Below, piece after piece: positions 20,925 through 31,196 of a stretch of 64,000 bases of DNA (positions within the stretch are counted from its first letter, which is position 1; every line of letters starts with the position of its first letter). The stretch covers positions 832,001 through 896,000 of the forward strand of contig OZ240241.1 in NCBI GenBank assembly GCA_965198115.1. Reading direction: 5' to 3'. Under the pieces are notes generated by a model. The model did no database searches, was not told where the DNA came from, and saw only the letters and a list, made by a program, of their open reading frames with translations. The translations under genes and the position numbers were made by a program. The stretch comes from Candidatus Latescibacterota bacterium (GTDB lineage Bacteria; Latescibacterota; UBA2968).

Positions 20925-22469
20925 TCAGTAGCTGACGTCGACGCCTCTGCCTGTCAAAGTGGGAATGACGATCGTCGTTGACTCTTCATCCAACGGGTTG
21001 TCCGAAAGAATCAACTGATCCCCCGTGTCAAGACCGACGTTGTGATCGATCGGCGTCAATCGTTGGATCTGATTGCCGCTTACGTCGAGTGTGACGAGGC
21101 GATGCACGTAAGCCAGCGGGGTGGTGTCGACGATGGCGTTGTGAGAAAGGTCGACGACCTGAAGGTTGTGCAAGTGCTCGATGCCCGAAAGGTCGCTGAT
21201 ACCCGCGTTCGAAACCTGGAGTGAGGACAGCTCATTGAGATGGTCGAGAAAGATGAGTCCGGCGGGTCTGTCGATCGCTCCTCGAATCGCTGCTTCCAGT
21301 GCGTCATCGGGGAACGATACGATGATTGAGCGCTGCGTTCTGACATCGATACCATTCGCTGCGATGGCGGGGATGGTTTCCTCCAGCGCGAGGGCCGAAA
21401 GCGGATTGCCGGCCACGATGAGCAGGCCATTCGAGAGCAGGATGCCATCGAGCACGGGGTCAAGGGTGGAAATGACGTTGTCACCCAGATCCAGCTCTGT
21501 GAGCGCGAGGTCTTCGAGTGCTGCGATGTCGGTGATCTGGTTCGCCCCCGCCAACAACACCGTCAGCTGTGTCAGGGTTGCCAGTGGCGCCAGGTCTGCG
21601 ATGTCGTTACAGGAAACGTCGAGCCAGTCGAGGTCCACGAGTTCCGACAAAGGACCGACGTCGCGGACCTGATTGAACGCCAGACAGAGGCTGTTCATCG
21701 ATGTTAGCGCGCCTAAGGGTTCGACGTCGTTGACCTGGTTTCGCAACAGGTTGAGGAATTCGAGATTGGACAAGCTATCTAAGGGGGAGACGTCGGAGAT
21801 TCGGTTGTCATCCAGATCGATCCAGACCAGACTGGTCACCGCAGACAGAGGGGATAGATCGCTGATCCGGTTTTCGGAGAGGATGAGGTCTTCCAGGTTC
21901 GTCAAATTTTCCAGGCCGGAGAGATCGCCGACTTCGTTCCCGTGAAGGTCAATCAGGGAGAGGGCGGACAGATCGGTCAGAGGCGTGAGGTCTGCGATCC
22001 GATTATTCCGCAGCTCGAGGTGGGTCAAGGACGTGAGCGAGGCGATCGGTGTCAGGTCGGCAACGTCGTTGTACGAGAGCAGGAGCGTCCGAAGCGCGTG
22101 GAAATGATCCAGCCCCGTGAGGTCTTCGATCCCGCTGAGCTTCAACGGCAGGTCGGTTACTTCTGAGAAGTCTGCGGGTTCGATCTCCTCGTCGGTCTTG
22201 CCGATGATCGCACGGATTTCGGATTCGAGATTGGGATCCCGAAACAGCGACTGGTGTCCGAATCTCGATGTGAAAAAGATGAAATCGGCCAGGTTAACGG
22301 CACCATCTTCGTCGAAGTCGAACCGATCATCTTCCGAACCAAAGGCGCTGGCGAATGGCACGAAATCGCCGAAATCCACCGATCCACTATGATCGATGTC
22401 CAATTGTGCTGTGGTTTGGGCGAACGGAGAAGTGGCTGTGCGCAGCAACAGCAGAAGGAGGAGAACCAT
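20925..22469 (-). CDS. secreted leucine-rich-repeat (internalin-like) protein with dockerin/EF-hand-like N-terminal motif
   Basis: Signal-like MVLLLLLL, DIDHSGSVDFGDF..DFDEDGAVNLADF, and many LxxLxLxxNxIxDLxPL repeats. Confidence 0.85.
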   Translation of the reverse strand: MVLLLLLLLRTATSPFAQTTAQLDIDHSGSVDFGDFVPFASAFGSEDDRFDFDEDGAVNLADFIFFTSRFGHQSLFRDPNLESEIRAIIGKTDEEIEPADFSEVTDLPLKLSGIEDLTGLDHFHALRTLLLSYNDVADLTPIASLTSLTHLELRNNRIADLTPLTDLSALSLIDLHGNEVGDLSGLENLTNLEDLILSENRISDLSPLSAVTSLVWIDLDDNRISDVSPLDSLSNLEFLNLLRNQVNDVEPLGALTSMNSLCLAFNQVRDVGPLSELVDLDWLDVSCNDIADLAPLATLTQLTVLLAGANQITDIAALEDLALTELDLGDNVISTLDPVLDGILLSNGLLIVAGNPLSALALEETIPAIAANGIDVRTQRSIIVSFPDDALEAAIRGAIDRPAGLIFLDHLNELSSLQVSNAGISDLSGIEHLHNLQVVDLSHNAIVDTTPLAYVHRLVTLDVSGNQIQRLTPIDHNVGLDTGDQLILSDNPLDEESTTIVIPTLTGRGVDVSY

Positions 22470-22562
22470 CGAGGGCGTCCTGCGAGAGCGCAGGGGAGAA
22501 GAGAGGTGTGGGGAAGGGACCAAGCCCTGGGGAAGGACGAGATATATAGAACGTCGTGCGTT

Positions 22563-23327
22563 CTAATTCACGGTGAAACCACCGACAAGCGTGTCGTCCT
22601 GACTATCGGGATTGATGACGCGGACGTCGCGTGGCCCTGACGCGGCGTTGTTCTTCACTTTGATATTGCAGATGATCGAAACCGAACTGATGAAGGTGAC
22701 ACTGTTCTCTACAACCCGGCTCGGAATCTTGACTTGAGGTGTCGCAACGAAATCGGTACCGGCGATTGTGATGTCCAGCGTATCTCCGGGATCCGCGTTA
22801 TCGGGTGTGACGCTGATGACGGTTGGCGGAGGGGGTGGCGCGTTGACGGTGAACCCGTTCACCAGAATGTCACCCTGGCCGTCTGGATTGACGACAAAGA
22901 CATCATAGGTGCCGGGGATCGCGGTATTACGGACCTTGAGGTCGACGATACAGCTACTCGAACTGATGAAGGTCACGCCTCTGACGTTGAAGTTTACACC
23001 GAGGTCGAAATCAGGCGTGGCGACGAAATCCGAGCCCGTCGCGGTCACATTCAGCCTGTCCCCGATTTCGGCGTTGTCGGGATCCATATCGGTCAGGACG
23101 GGTGGTGGATCGACGGGTGGTGGGGCATTCGGGTCCGAGTTGTTGATGGGACTGGTGGCGTAGGCGTCGGTGGGCAGGTAGATCGTATGAATCACCGGAG
23201 CCACGTAGGGCAACAGGGCGGACCGCTTCAGGTTCTTCCTCAGGAAGTCTCTGCGAGAGGTTCCGTCCTCTTGCGACGCATCGGAAGCAACGTCATCCCG
23301 GTGGAGCTCTTTTTCTCGATCGGACAC
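22563..23327 (-). CDS. protein with twin-arginine-like leader and two IPT/TIG-like Ig domains
   Basis: SRRDFL..YVAPVI leader, Pro-rich linkers, two ~88-aa repeats (PDNA..GD.L....G.DFVATP...VTFISS......G..DV.V.NPD......GFTVN). Confidence 0.75.
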   Translation of the reverse strand: MSDREKELHRDDVASDASQEDGTSRRDFLRKNLKRSALLPYVAPVIHTIYLPTDAYATSPINNSDPNAPPPVDPPPVLTDMDPDNAEIGDRLNVTATGSDFVATPDFDLGVNFNVRGVTFISSSSCIVDLKVRNTAIPGTYDVFVVNPDGQGDILVNGFTVNAPPPPPTVISVTPDNADPGDTLDITIAGTDFVATPQVKIPSRVVENSVTFISSVSIICNIKVKNNAASGPRDVRVINPDSQDDTLVGGFTVN

Positions 23328-23502
23328 GGTTTCCCCTGTTGTTCACTTCGCACCGGCCCTGCAAACATAGGAAACAAAATCAAACCGAGCAACCGCCGGT
23401 CTTGGCCTGTATCAGACCGTACTATCGGATCGTATTTTTGCCGGTTGCTTTCGTATCATACTGTAAATATAACATTTATAGTAACGTCCGATTGGCACTC
23501 CT

Positions 23503-23526
23503 AAAAGTGGCCCCGGGGCCACTTTT
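23503..23526. repeat. 24-bp perfect palindrome AAAAGTGGCCCCGGGGCCACTTTT
   Basis: Read directly; a near-identical copy is at 56671-56694. Confidence 0.85.
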
Positions 23527-23799
23527 GGGCTCAGCCGACTCCTCAGACGCTGGGAAGCGAAGGGGGCCTTCACAAGATGCGACCCGATGTTCGATTCTCG
23601 ATCCTCAATCTTCAATGTAATGGTGGGCCCAGCTCCCTCGATACGACCGATCAATCCCAGCCTCAATGGCGAAGGCTCTGCCAAAAGCGTGGCGGTCTAC
23701 TCGGGATGATCGGGCGAATCTGCTCGGGTATGGGAAAAAGCGAGTGTGAAGCCCATCGCAAGCGGCGCCAAAATGTTCAATCCTCAATCTTCAATGTAA

Positions 23800-23846
23800 T
23801 GGTGGGCCCAGCAGGATTCGAACCTGCGACCGATCGATTATGAGTC
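23800..23846 (-). other. tRNA-Ile(CAU) 3' fragment, probable att site of an integrative element
   Basis: Minus strand GACTCATAATCGATCGGTCGCAGGTTCGAATCCTGCTGGGCCCACCA: anticodon loop, T-arm and CCA present. The 5' anticodon-stem strand and D-arm are absent. Confidence 0.8.
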
Positions 23847-24212
23847 ACTATCCGGTGCCTTCCACTTTGCATCGGTTTATCCGGGTTTGCCCAGGTTTGT
23901 TCCAAGAGGTCACCGTGATATGCGCCCTATGTCATAACACGTTGTCCACTAAATAGTTGTCCTCCAAGTATCGGGGATGGACACTTTTTGGACACCTTGG
24001 GCGGACGGGTTGGTTGAGCCATTTGGACTGTCCACCGTCCACGATCTCCAGGTAAAGGGTTCTTTGTACATCAGCTTGACAGGTGTTTACAATGTCAATC
24101 CGTCTGATTTGGCCAGAACTCACTCTATGAATGGGTTTTCTCTATTTACGTGTCGGTGTGCGCGTTACAATCTGGGAGAGCTCTTCCGATTTCGGACGCA
24201 TAACCGGGTTCG

Positions 24213-24644
24213 ATGAAACTCAAGAACAAACATTTCGAGTCGATCGAGCAGATCGTGGCCTGTGAAATTGAGGGCGACGGCATCTCGGAGATGGCACGTC
24301 GTTGTGCGGTGTCACGCCAGACGATCTACAGCTGGCTGCGCGATCCAGCCTTTCGTCAGGTGCTCGATCAGCGTCGTGCCCTGTGGGATCGCGACATCGG
24401 CCAAATCAGGTTGACGCGCCGAAGGGCAAGGATTGAGGATTTGGCTGCGATCGCCGAGGATCCGGCGACGAATAACTCGATCAAGCTGCGGGCTTTGAAG
24501 CAGATCGCCGATGAGACGGCCGCTGATGTTGAGGGGATGATCGAGTCCCTGCAGGAGCAAATTGATCTTCTCAAGCGCCAGATCGCCGGTGAGGTCGGGT
24601 TGGCCCTTCACCGTCCAGAAGGCAAAAGTCCACCCACCCGGTGA
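24213..24644 (+). CDS. HTH protein (phBC6A51/terminase-small-subunit-like) of an integrated element
   Basis: SEMARRCAVSRQTIYSWLRDPAF HTH followed by a helical/coiled-coil region. Confidence 0.6.
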   Translation: MKLKNKHFESIEQIVACEIEGDGISEMARRCAVSRQTIYSWLRDPAFRQVLDQRRALWDRDIGQIRLTRRRARIEDLAAIAEDPATNNSIKLRALKQIADETAADVEGMIESLQEQIDLLKRQIAGEVGLALHRPEGKSPPTR

Positions 24645-24702
24645 CAGTGTTTCCGTTACAATCTGGGAGAGCTCTTCCGATTTCGGACGCATAACCGGGT
24701 TC

Positions 24703-25322
24703 GATGAAACTCAAGAACAAACATTTCGAGTCGATCGAGCAGATCGTGGCCTGTGAAATTGAGGGCGACGGCATCTCGGAGATGGCACGTCGTTGCATCC
24801 GCATCCGGCAATGAAATGACTCGCCCACCACGTAAACCACGATATCGCTTTGCCGCATCGTCAAAGCTGTCCGCGAACGCATACGCATCCTGCTCCCAGG
24901 TGAGAAGGGCGATGCCATCTCTGATTGCATTTAGAAGAACCGTCGAGTCGCTGACCCGTGGCAGATAGAGATACCGCGCAAAATCCTCGACGATTTGTTT
25001 GATCGACACATGGTCGCCGCGCCAGAGAGGTACGCGATCAAGCTCCATCCGTAGTCGGAGCCGAGCCGTAACCACGCTGTCCGCAGCCTCCTTTTGGGTT
25101 TCGGCCGGCCAAATCAGGTTGACGCGCCGAAGGGCAAGGATTGAGGATTTGGCTGCGATCGTCGAGGATCCGGCGACGAATGACTCGATCAAGCTCCGGG
25201 CCCTGAAGCAGATCGCCGACGAGACGGCCGCCGACGTTGAGGGGATGCTCTACGACCTCCAGTATAAGATCGCGCAGCTCGAGCGAGAGGTAATCGGGGA
25301 TCGCCCTCGAGCGAATGGTTGA
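24703..25322 (+). pseudogene. second tandem copy of the HTH gene with its middle replaced by foreign DNA
   Basis: 24654-24795 repeats 24164-24305, and 25106-25250 closely repeats 24398-24540; the intervening segment is unrelated. Confidence 0.8.
24796..25105 (-). pseudogene. internal fragment of a DUF499-family AAA+ ATPase
   Basis: LRMELDRVPLWRGDHVSIKQIVEDFARYLYLPRV..LLNAIRDGIALLTWEQDAYAFADSFD...RYRGL resembles the C-terminal region of DUF499 ATPases (recognised from memory, not searched). Confidence 0.6.
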
Positions 25323-25390
25323 CTTGGCAAGATCCGAAAGCCTGATCAGGACAGCTACCAATTCGCAGGGCCTCTGACTTAGGGGCGGAG

Positions 25391-25788
25391 ATGGCTACGA
25401 AGCAGGGAAGAATCAGGCTGCGGGGAATCATCGAGACGGACGAGACGCACGTCGGCGGAAAACCCAGAAACCGCGGTGGACAGGGGAAAAAAGGGAACCC
25501 CAGGGGACGGGGAACGAGGAAGACTCCCGTTATAGGAGCCGTGGAGCGGGGAGGAAAGGTCGTGGCGAGGTTTCGGACGACCTGTCCGGAAAAGGGGTGC
25601 TGAACTTTATCAGGACTGTTGTTGACCCGGACGGGTCCAGGCTGGTCACGGACGAATACGGAGCCTACAGGATCGTGAGGCGCGTAATGGATCACTCCGT
25701 CATCAATCACCAGAAGCAATGGGTGAACGGAGAGGTCCACACGAACACCATCGAGGGCGTATGGTCTCTGCTCCCTACTTGGAGGTAA
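25391..25788 (+). pseudogene. IS1595-family transposase fragment (frameshifted, truncated)
   Basis: IETDETHVGG, PVIGAVERGG, LVTDEYGAY, INH....VNGEVHTNTIEGVWSLL. Confidence 0.8.
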
Positions 25789-25794
25789 AATTAT

Positions 25795-27212
25795 GGCTCT
25801 ATCCGGGTTTCTCAACGGTGAAACTATAGAATGACAAGGTCATAGATCGTTCCCTACGCTTGGTTGTGTGTGTAGGACAATCAAAGCGAAGGGGGTGCGA
25901 CCTATGACCGGGAGCAGATTACTATCGAAACTGCTGAGATTCAAGGGGTTCCGTGTTGTCAGCTGGTGGTTTGAGGGGAGAAGCTGCTTCGTCATCGCCG
26001 TAAAGCCACATAAGAATGGTTGTTGTTGTCCGGAGTGCGGCCGTCGAGGTAAAATCGTCCGCACAATGCCCCATCCGCGTCGGTGGCGTGACATTCCGGT
26101 GTGCGGGTGGAGGGTCTGGCTTCTCTACCATCCTCGGGAGATTCGGTGTCCTACCCACGGTCGTGTGGTCGAGGAGATTCCGTGGGCGGAGCGGTTCTCT
26201 CGGGTGACGTATCGCTTCGAGTATGCCATGCTGCGCTACTGCCAGACCATGACGCAGAAGGCGGCGTCCGAGTTGCTGCGCATCTCTGCCTCGACGCTGT
26301 CGGATCTCCTTCACCGATCCATCACGCGGCTTCGTGAAGGTCATCGTATCCGAGGGCTCAAAACCATCGGGATCGACGAGATCTCCTACGCCAAGCGTCA
26401 CAGGTACGCCACGCTCGTTTACGATCTGGACCGCTCCTGCGTGGTGTGGGTTGGCCGCGGCAGGGCGCGTAAAACGATCGATCGGTTCTTCACAGAGGCT
26501 CTCAGTCCCTACCGGAGATCCAAGATCGAGTGGGCCTGCTGCGACATGAGCGAAGCTTACATCGGAGCCATCCAGGAACACTGTCCGAATGCCAAGCTGG
26601 TCCTCGATCGCTTTCACATCGTCAAGGCTCTCAATGCCGCCGTTGACGAGGTCCGTAAGGACCAGTGGCGTAAAGCTGCCCCGGATGAGCGCAAAGCCAT
26701 GAAGGGCCTCCGATGGCTCCTCTACCGGCACTCAGCGACACGCTCCAGAGGGGATACTCGGACACTCAAAGCACTGGAGAAGGCGAACTACCGAATCTAT
26801 AGAGCCTGGAGACTCAAGGACGAGTTCGAGCAGTTCTGGGAATACAAAGCGCCCTGGGCTGCCGAACGCTTCCTGAAATGCTGGACGACGTCCGCACTCA
26901 GAAGTCGACGTGAACCCCTGCGAAAGTTCGTCAGGACCCTGCGACAGCACTTCTTCGGCGTCCTCGCATTCGTGAACACGCGTCTTACCAACGCCATCGC
27001 CGAAGGCCTCAACCGAATCGTCCAAATCGTCAAGAACCGAGCCAGCGGATTCCGCACACTCGACGCATTACGATATGATCTTCCTTACCGTCGGAGACAT
27101 AAACATCCCTGAGCAGATTCCGAAGAGGTTCCGCACACTCTAACCGCGCCCCCATGCCAGGAACCACGGCACCTTCACCCACTTCATCTCGTTGAGAGAT
27201 CCGGATATAGCC
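25795..27212 (+). mobile_element. ISL3-family IS copy 1 (2-nt deletion near 3' end of transposase)
   Basis: Ends GGCTCTATCCGG / CCGGATATAGCC, 8-bp TSD AAAATTAT, transposase motifs CPECG, IGIDE, CDM, DRFHI, TNAIAEGLN. Confidence 0.93.
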
Positions 27213-27322
27213 AAAATTATGTATGATTGGAATCCTGTAGGCTCCGTATTCGTCCGTGACAGGCTCCTTCGATGCCCCAGATGGTGAGCGGTGTCTGAGT
27301 TTGACGCCCTGCGCTTGAAGAG

Positions 27323-27425
27323 TGTCCATAAAACCCTCCTGAACCGTCACCGGTAAGTGGTTGTTTTTCATTGCCCTGCATATCTATCTTTGAACTGTCC
27401 ATAAAACTTTAATTTTAAGTACACA
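27323..27425. promoter_or_regulatory. probable res/binding sites upstream of the resolvase
   Basis: TGTCCATAAAAC at 27323-27334 and 27396-27407 in an AT-rich stretch directly upstream of a serine recombinase. Confidence 0.5.
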
Positions 27426-27427
27426 AT

Positions 27428-28030
27428 ATGGAGGGTGACAGAATGGCACCCAAGAAGAATGCACGCGTCGGCATCTACGCCAGGGTCAGTACGGGAGAGC
27501 AGAATCCCAGGATGCAGCTGAAGGAGCTGCGGGAGTATGCCCGTAATCTGGACGTCGTCGGGGAGTTCGTGGACAAGGAGTCAGGAGCGAAGGATAGACG
27601 ACCCGAACTGGACCGTCTATGGTGCCTCGTGCGGGGGCGGAAGGTCGATGCGGTGCTGGTCTGGCGGTTCGACCGGTTCGCAAGGAGCACGAAGCAGTTG
27701 GTCGATGCCCTGGAGGAGATGAATCACCTGGGTGTCGATTTCATCAGCCTGCACGAGCAGATCGACACATCATCGCCGATGGGTAAGGCGATGTTCACGA
27801 TAGTGAGTGCCATCAGCGAGTTCGAAAGGGAGATAATCCGGGAGCGTGTGCGTGCCGGGCTGGCAAGGGCGAAGGCAGAAGGCAAGAAGCTGGGACGACC
27901 AGGCGTCTCAAAGGCCAAGGTCGAGGCCATCCATCGACTGCGAGCGGACAGGCTGAGTATTCGCGACATTGCCAGGCAGGTCAGAATCAGCAAGAGCGCC
28001 GTTCACAACGTCATAGCCGGTGGTGTATAG
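27428..28030 (+). CDS. serine recombinase (resolvase/invertase) with C-terminal HTH
   Basis: IYARVST..Q, DRRPEL, WRFDRFARS, EFERE.IRERV.AG. Confidence 0.93.
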   Translation: MEGDRMAPKKNARVGIYARVSTGEQNPRMQLKELREYARNLDVVGEFVDKESGAKDRRPELDRLWCLVRGRKVDAVLVWRFDRFARSTKQLVDALEEMNHLGVDFISLHEQIDTSSPMGKAMFTIVSAISEFEREIIRERVRAGLARAKAEGKKLGRPGVSKAKVEAIHRLRADRLSIRDIARQVRISKSAVHNVIAGGV

Positions 28031-28199
28031 AGTCTCCCCCTGGGCACCTTTCCAATCCTTGCTCCCCCCCAGGACCCGGCACCCCTATCGACGCGGCCGT
28101 CGGGAGGGGGCCCCCACAGTTTTAAATCGCTCAACACCCTCCAGGGGCACATTGACCCGCCTTACCGGAGTTCGTCCATTCTACACGCTGAACCATCTC

Positions 28200-28533
28200 T
28201 GAGTCGCCACGCAAGACGTCGTAGAGGGTGCAGCGATAGGACTCATCTGAACCCCTGACCTGAGGGATGGCGACCTCGAGACGACCTTCAGCCGTATCCA
28301 GATAGCCCGGCTCGTAACCGCTGCGAAACCCTCGCCGACCCTCACCCTGTTCATTACCGGTCGACGCCCAGATGGTCCCGCTGGTGGGCTTCGAGGCCCT
28401 CTTGAGTGATCAACTGTGTCGAGAGCTGAACCAACTGAGTCAACACATCCTCTGCACTGTCAATGTCCTGGAGTCTTTCGATGAACTCAGTAACCTCCTT
28501 GCGAAGCTTAACACTCGGCGATAGCTTCTTCAT
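28200..28533 (-). pseudogene. IS256-family transposase N-terminal remnant
   Basis: Manual translation MKKLSPSVKLRKEV..QEGLEAHQRDHLGVDR/(frameshift)..GRRGFRSGYEPGYLDTAEGRLEVAIPQVRG; truncated. Confidence 0.65.
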
Positions 28534-28709
28534 ACGGCGTGGCCTGTGCCCACTCGGGGCGTGAGGTTTTTTGGGACCTCAGGAAGATAGTTCACGCCGC
28601 TTCTTTTGCAGGAAACCTAAGACATTACCAGCTCTACACGGACTGATAAACGTGCAGGGACAAGAAGAAGACCACCCAATCCACCGACCTGTTGTGGGCA
28701 AAATCCAAC

Positions 28710-28826
28710 GAGCTATAATCAAAAGGTGTGGAAAAAGAGAAAGGGCGACCCTACACTTCCCGTGAGATAGTTGATTCACACAAAACCGGGTGAGAGGCCC
28801 GGTTGGGAAGGAGGATCGCCGTGAAG
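28710..28826 (+). mobile_element. isolated left end of the IS256 element found at 54808-56181
   Basis: Near-identical to the reverse complement of 56065-56181; it stops just after the GTG start. Confidence 0.85.
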
Positions 28827-28977
28827 AGGGGGGACAAAAACACACCCCTATCCCATCTTTAAGGTGCAGAATCAATTATAATTTCCACAGTGTCAGTAAA
28901 AGGACAACCGTTCAGAGTAGGACACTGTCCTATTTAACACAAAAGGGCCAATTTAGAGACCCTGTTAAGGAGATGCT

Positions 28978-31168
28978 ATGGATGATTTAGAAAGATTGGA
29001 ATATATCTTTGATATTCAGGGTTATCTGGTCGTTCCAGATGTTTTGACTTCTGATGAACTGGTGGTGTTGTGCCTATCGTAGTTGAAACTTAGAGGGCTC
29101 CAAACTTACGTTGGGTAGACGTGTAGGAGCGTATACCCGTAAGAAAGAGCCCAGATGGAGAAGCTATTTGTAGGCGATGGTGAAGTCAAGGTTGAGGGCG
29201 ATGTCATCGATTTGGAGACGCGTTTGTCGGTGATCCAGGCGTTGATCCCGTTGGGTCTGAAGGCAGTGGCAGACCTCCTCCAGCAGGAGGTCGAGCAGCT
29301 CGCAGGCGTTCGGTATGCGCGCAAAGGTTCGGAGCAGGCGCATCGTCGGTGGGGAAGCCAGAAGGGATCCGTGTATCTGATGGACCAGAAGCTCCCGTTA
29401 GACGTTCCCCGGGTGCGCGACGTCGAGGCCGACGCAGAGGTTTTCCTGGCTGCATACCGGGCCTCTACAGACGCCCAAGAAGACGGACGAGGGGCTGTTG
29501 CTTCGTGTTCTCAAGGGGATCTCGTGCCGCAACTACAAGGCCTGTGCCGAATCGGTTCCAGAAGCGTTTGGTATCTCAGCGTCCTCCGTCTCGCGGCGGT
29601 TCATCAAAGCCACCGCGAAGAAGCTGAAGCAGTTCCAGGAGCGTCCCCTCGACGACTACGACTTCGTGACCCTGTTCATTGACGGAAAGAGCTTTGCCGA
29701 CGAAGAGATCGTGATCGCTCTGGGGGTCACGATGGACGGCCAGAAGATCCCCCTGGGCTTCGTCGAATCGGCGACGGAGAACGAACGGATCTGCCGCCAG
29801 CTGATCCAAGACCTCATCCGGAGAGGCCTGTGCTACGACCAGGGCCTTCTCGTTGTGCTTGACGGCTCAAAGGGGCTCCGCAGTGCTGTCACCAAAGCCC
29901 TCAAAGGGTATGTCCGCGTTCATCGCTGCCAGTGGCACAAGCGCGAGAATGTCGTCAGCTATCTCCCGGAGAGGGAACGTCCAAGAGTTCGACGGAAGCT
30001 CCAGAAAGCCTATGACTGCGACACCTACGAGGAGGCAAAAGCCGCACTCGAATCACTTAAACCCGAACTGAAGCTGATGAATCAGTCTGCCGTAACGAGC
30101 CTCGAGGAAGGCCTGGAGGAAACCCTGACCCTCCACCGGCTGGGTATGCTCCCATTCCTGAAACGAAGCTTCCGAACCACCAACTGCATCGAAGCCCTCA
30201 ACAGCAGGACCGGCGAGCTCACTCGGAAGGTCAGACGCTGGAACAACTCTCCCCAGAGACACAGATGGGTGGCTGCCGCACTCCTCGACATCGAACCTCG
30301 CCTGCGACGCGTGAGCGGATACAAACATCTTCCCCTACTCAGGCAAGCACTGAACAAAGATCTGAATCTCGACAACGAACAGAATGCTCAAAAGAGAGCC
30401 TGACCAAACTACGGGGCCCGATGAGTTTTCAACTGACTATGGGACTTGACCGAACTGGTTGAGCTCAATAGATTGATGGATGCGCAGAATTTACCCGGGC
30501 CTGAAAAGCGCATTCGTTTTGGAGAGGCTGCGGGTGGTGCGCGTGAGTCTGGGCCAGGTTTTCTTGCTTATGGCAAGCCGTTTTGTGATCTGCTGGATCA
30601 CAAGCGCACGATGCCAATCTTGCGGATGATGCTGGGGGACTGTTTTCGTCTGGATCGGATTTATGGGATTTACATGGACGATGGGATGGAGGCCAGGCGT
30701 TTGCACGGGGGCAACACACCCTATTCGCCGGGGGAATACTATCACGTACGCGATGGAAAGATTGTCAATGGCTTTACGGTGGTGTCGTGGAATCTGACAG
30801 ATACAGGGCCCGATTACGGTGGATTCTGTTGTATTCCCGGCAGCCACAAGGGAAATTTCAGGCTGCCAGAACAGATTCACGAGGCAAAGGATAAAGATCC
30901 CTTTGTCATTATTCCCGAAGCACCTGCCGATTCGGTGATTATGTTTACTGAAGCGTTGACGCATGGAACCGCATCGTGGCGCGGTAAACATCAGCGGCGC
31001 ACGTTGCTGTATAAATACTGTCAGTCGCAAGTGGCGTGGGGCAATACACGTGTGAAGATGCCCGAAGGGATTGAGTTGAGTGAGCGGCAGAAGATTTTGT
31101 TTCGAGAACCGGCTGAACCGAGGACGTTTTTTGATTCCCTGTTTGAGGAAGAACTGGCAACCGCTTGA
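28978..31168 (+). pseudogene. phytanoyl-CoA dioxygenase (PhyH) family gene interrupted by IS256
   Basis: MDDLERLEYIFDIQGYLVVPDVLTSDELV|ELNRL..LHGG..CIPGSHK..FTEALTHG rejoins in frame after removing the IS and one TSD. Confidence 0.88.
29064..30451 (+). mobile_element. IS256-family IS; transposase 29155-30403 frameshifted near 29460
   Basis: 8-bp TSD GAACTGGT (29056-29063 and 30452-30459), imperfect terminal IRs, motifs LFIDGK, LDGSKGL, RCQWHK, RTTNCIE. Confidence 0.9.
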
Positions 31169-31196
31169 GTGAGTAGCAAGCCTTGCGAGGAGAAAG

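Noticed and set aside
23457-23480. LexA box or dif site
   Set aside because: The spacing and right half do not match CTG-N10-CAG, and there is no XerD arm TTATGTTAAAT.
23601-23846. CRISPR array suggested by 33-bp direct repeats
   Set aside because: Only two copies, 179 bp apart, overlapping a tRNA 3' end; no cas genes.
23800-23875. Intact tRNA-Met/Ile gene
   Set aside because: The 5' acceptor strand, D-arm and 5' anticodon-stem strand are missing.
24164-25322. Diversity-generating retroelement template/variable repeat pair
   Set aside because: No reverse transcriptase in the window, and the differences are not adenine-specific.
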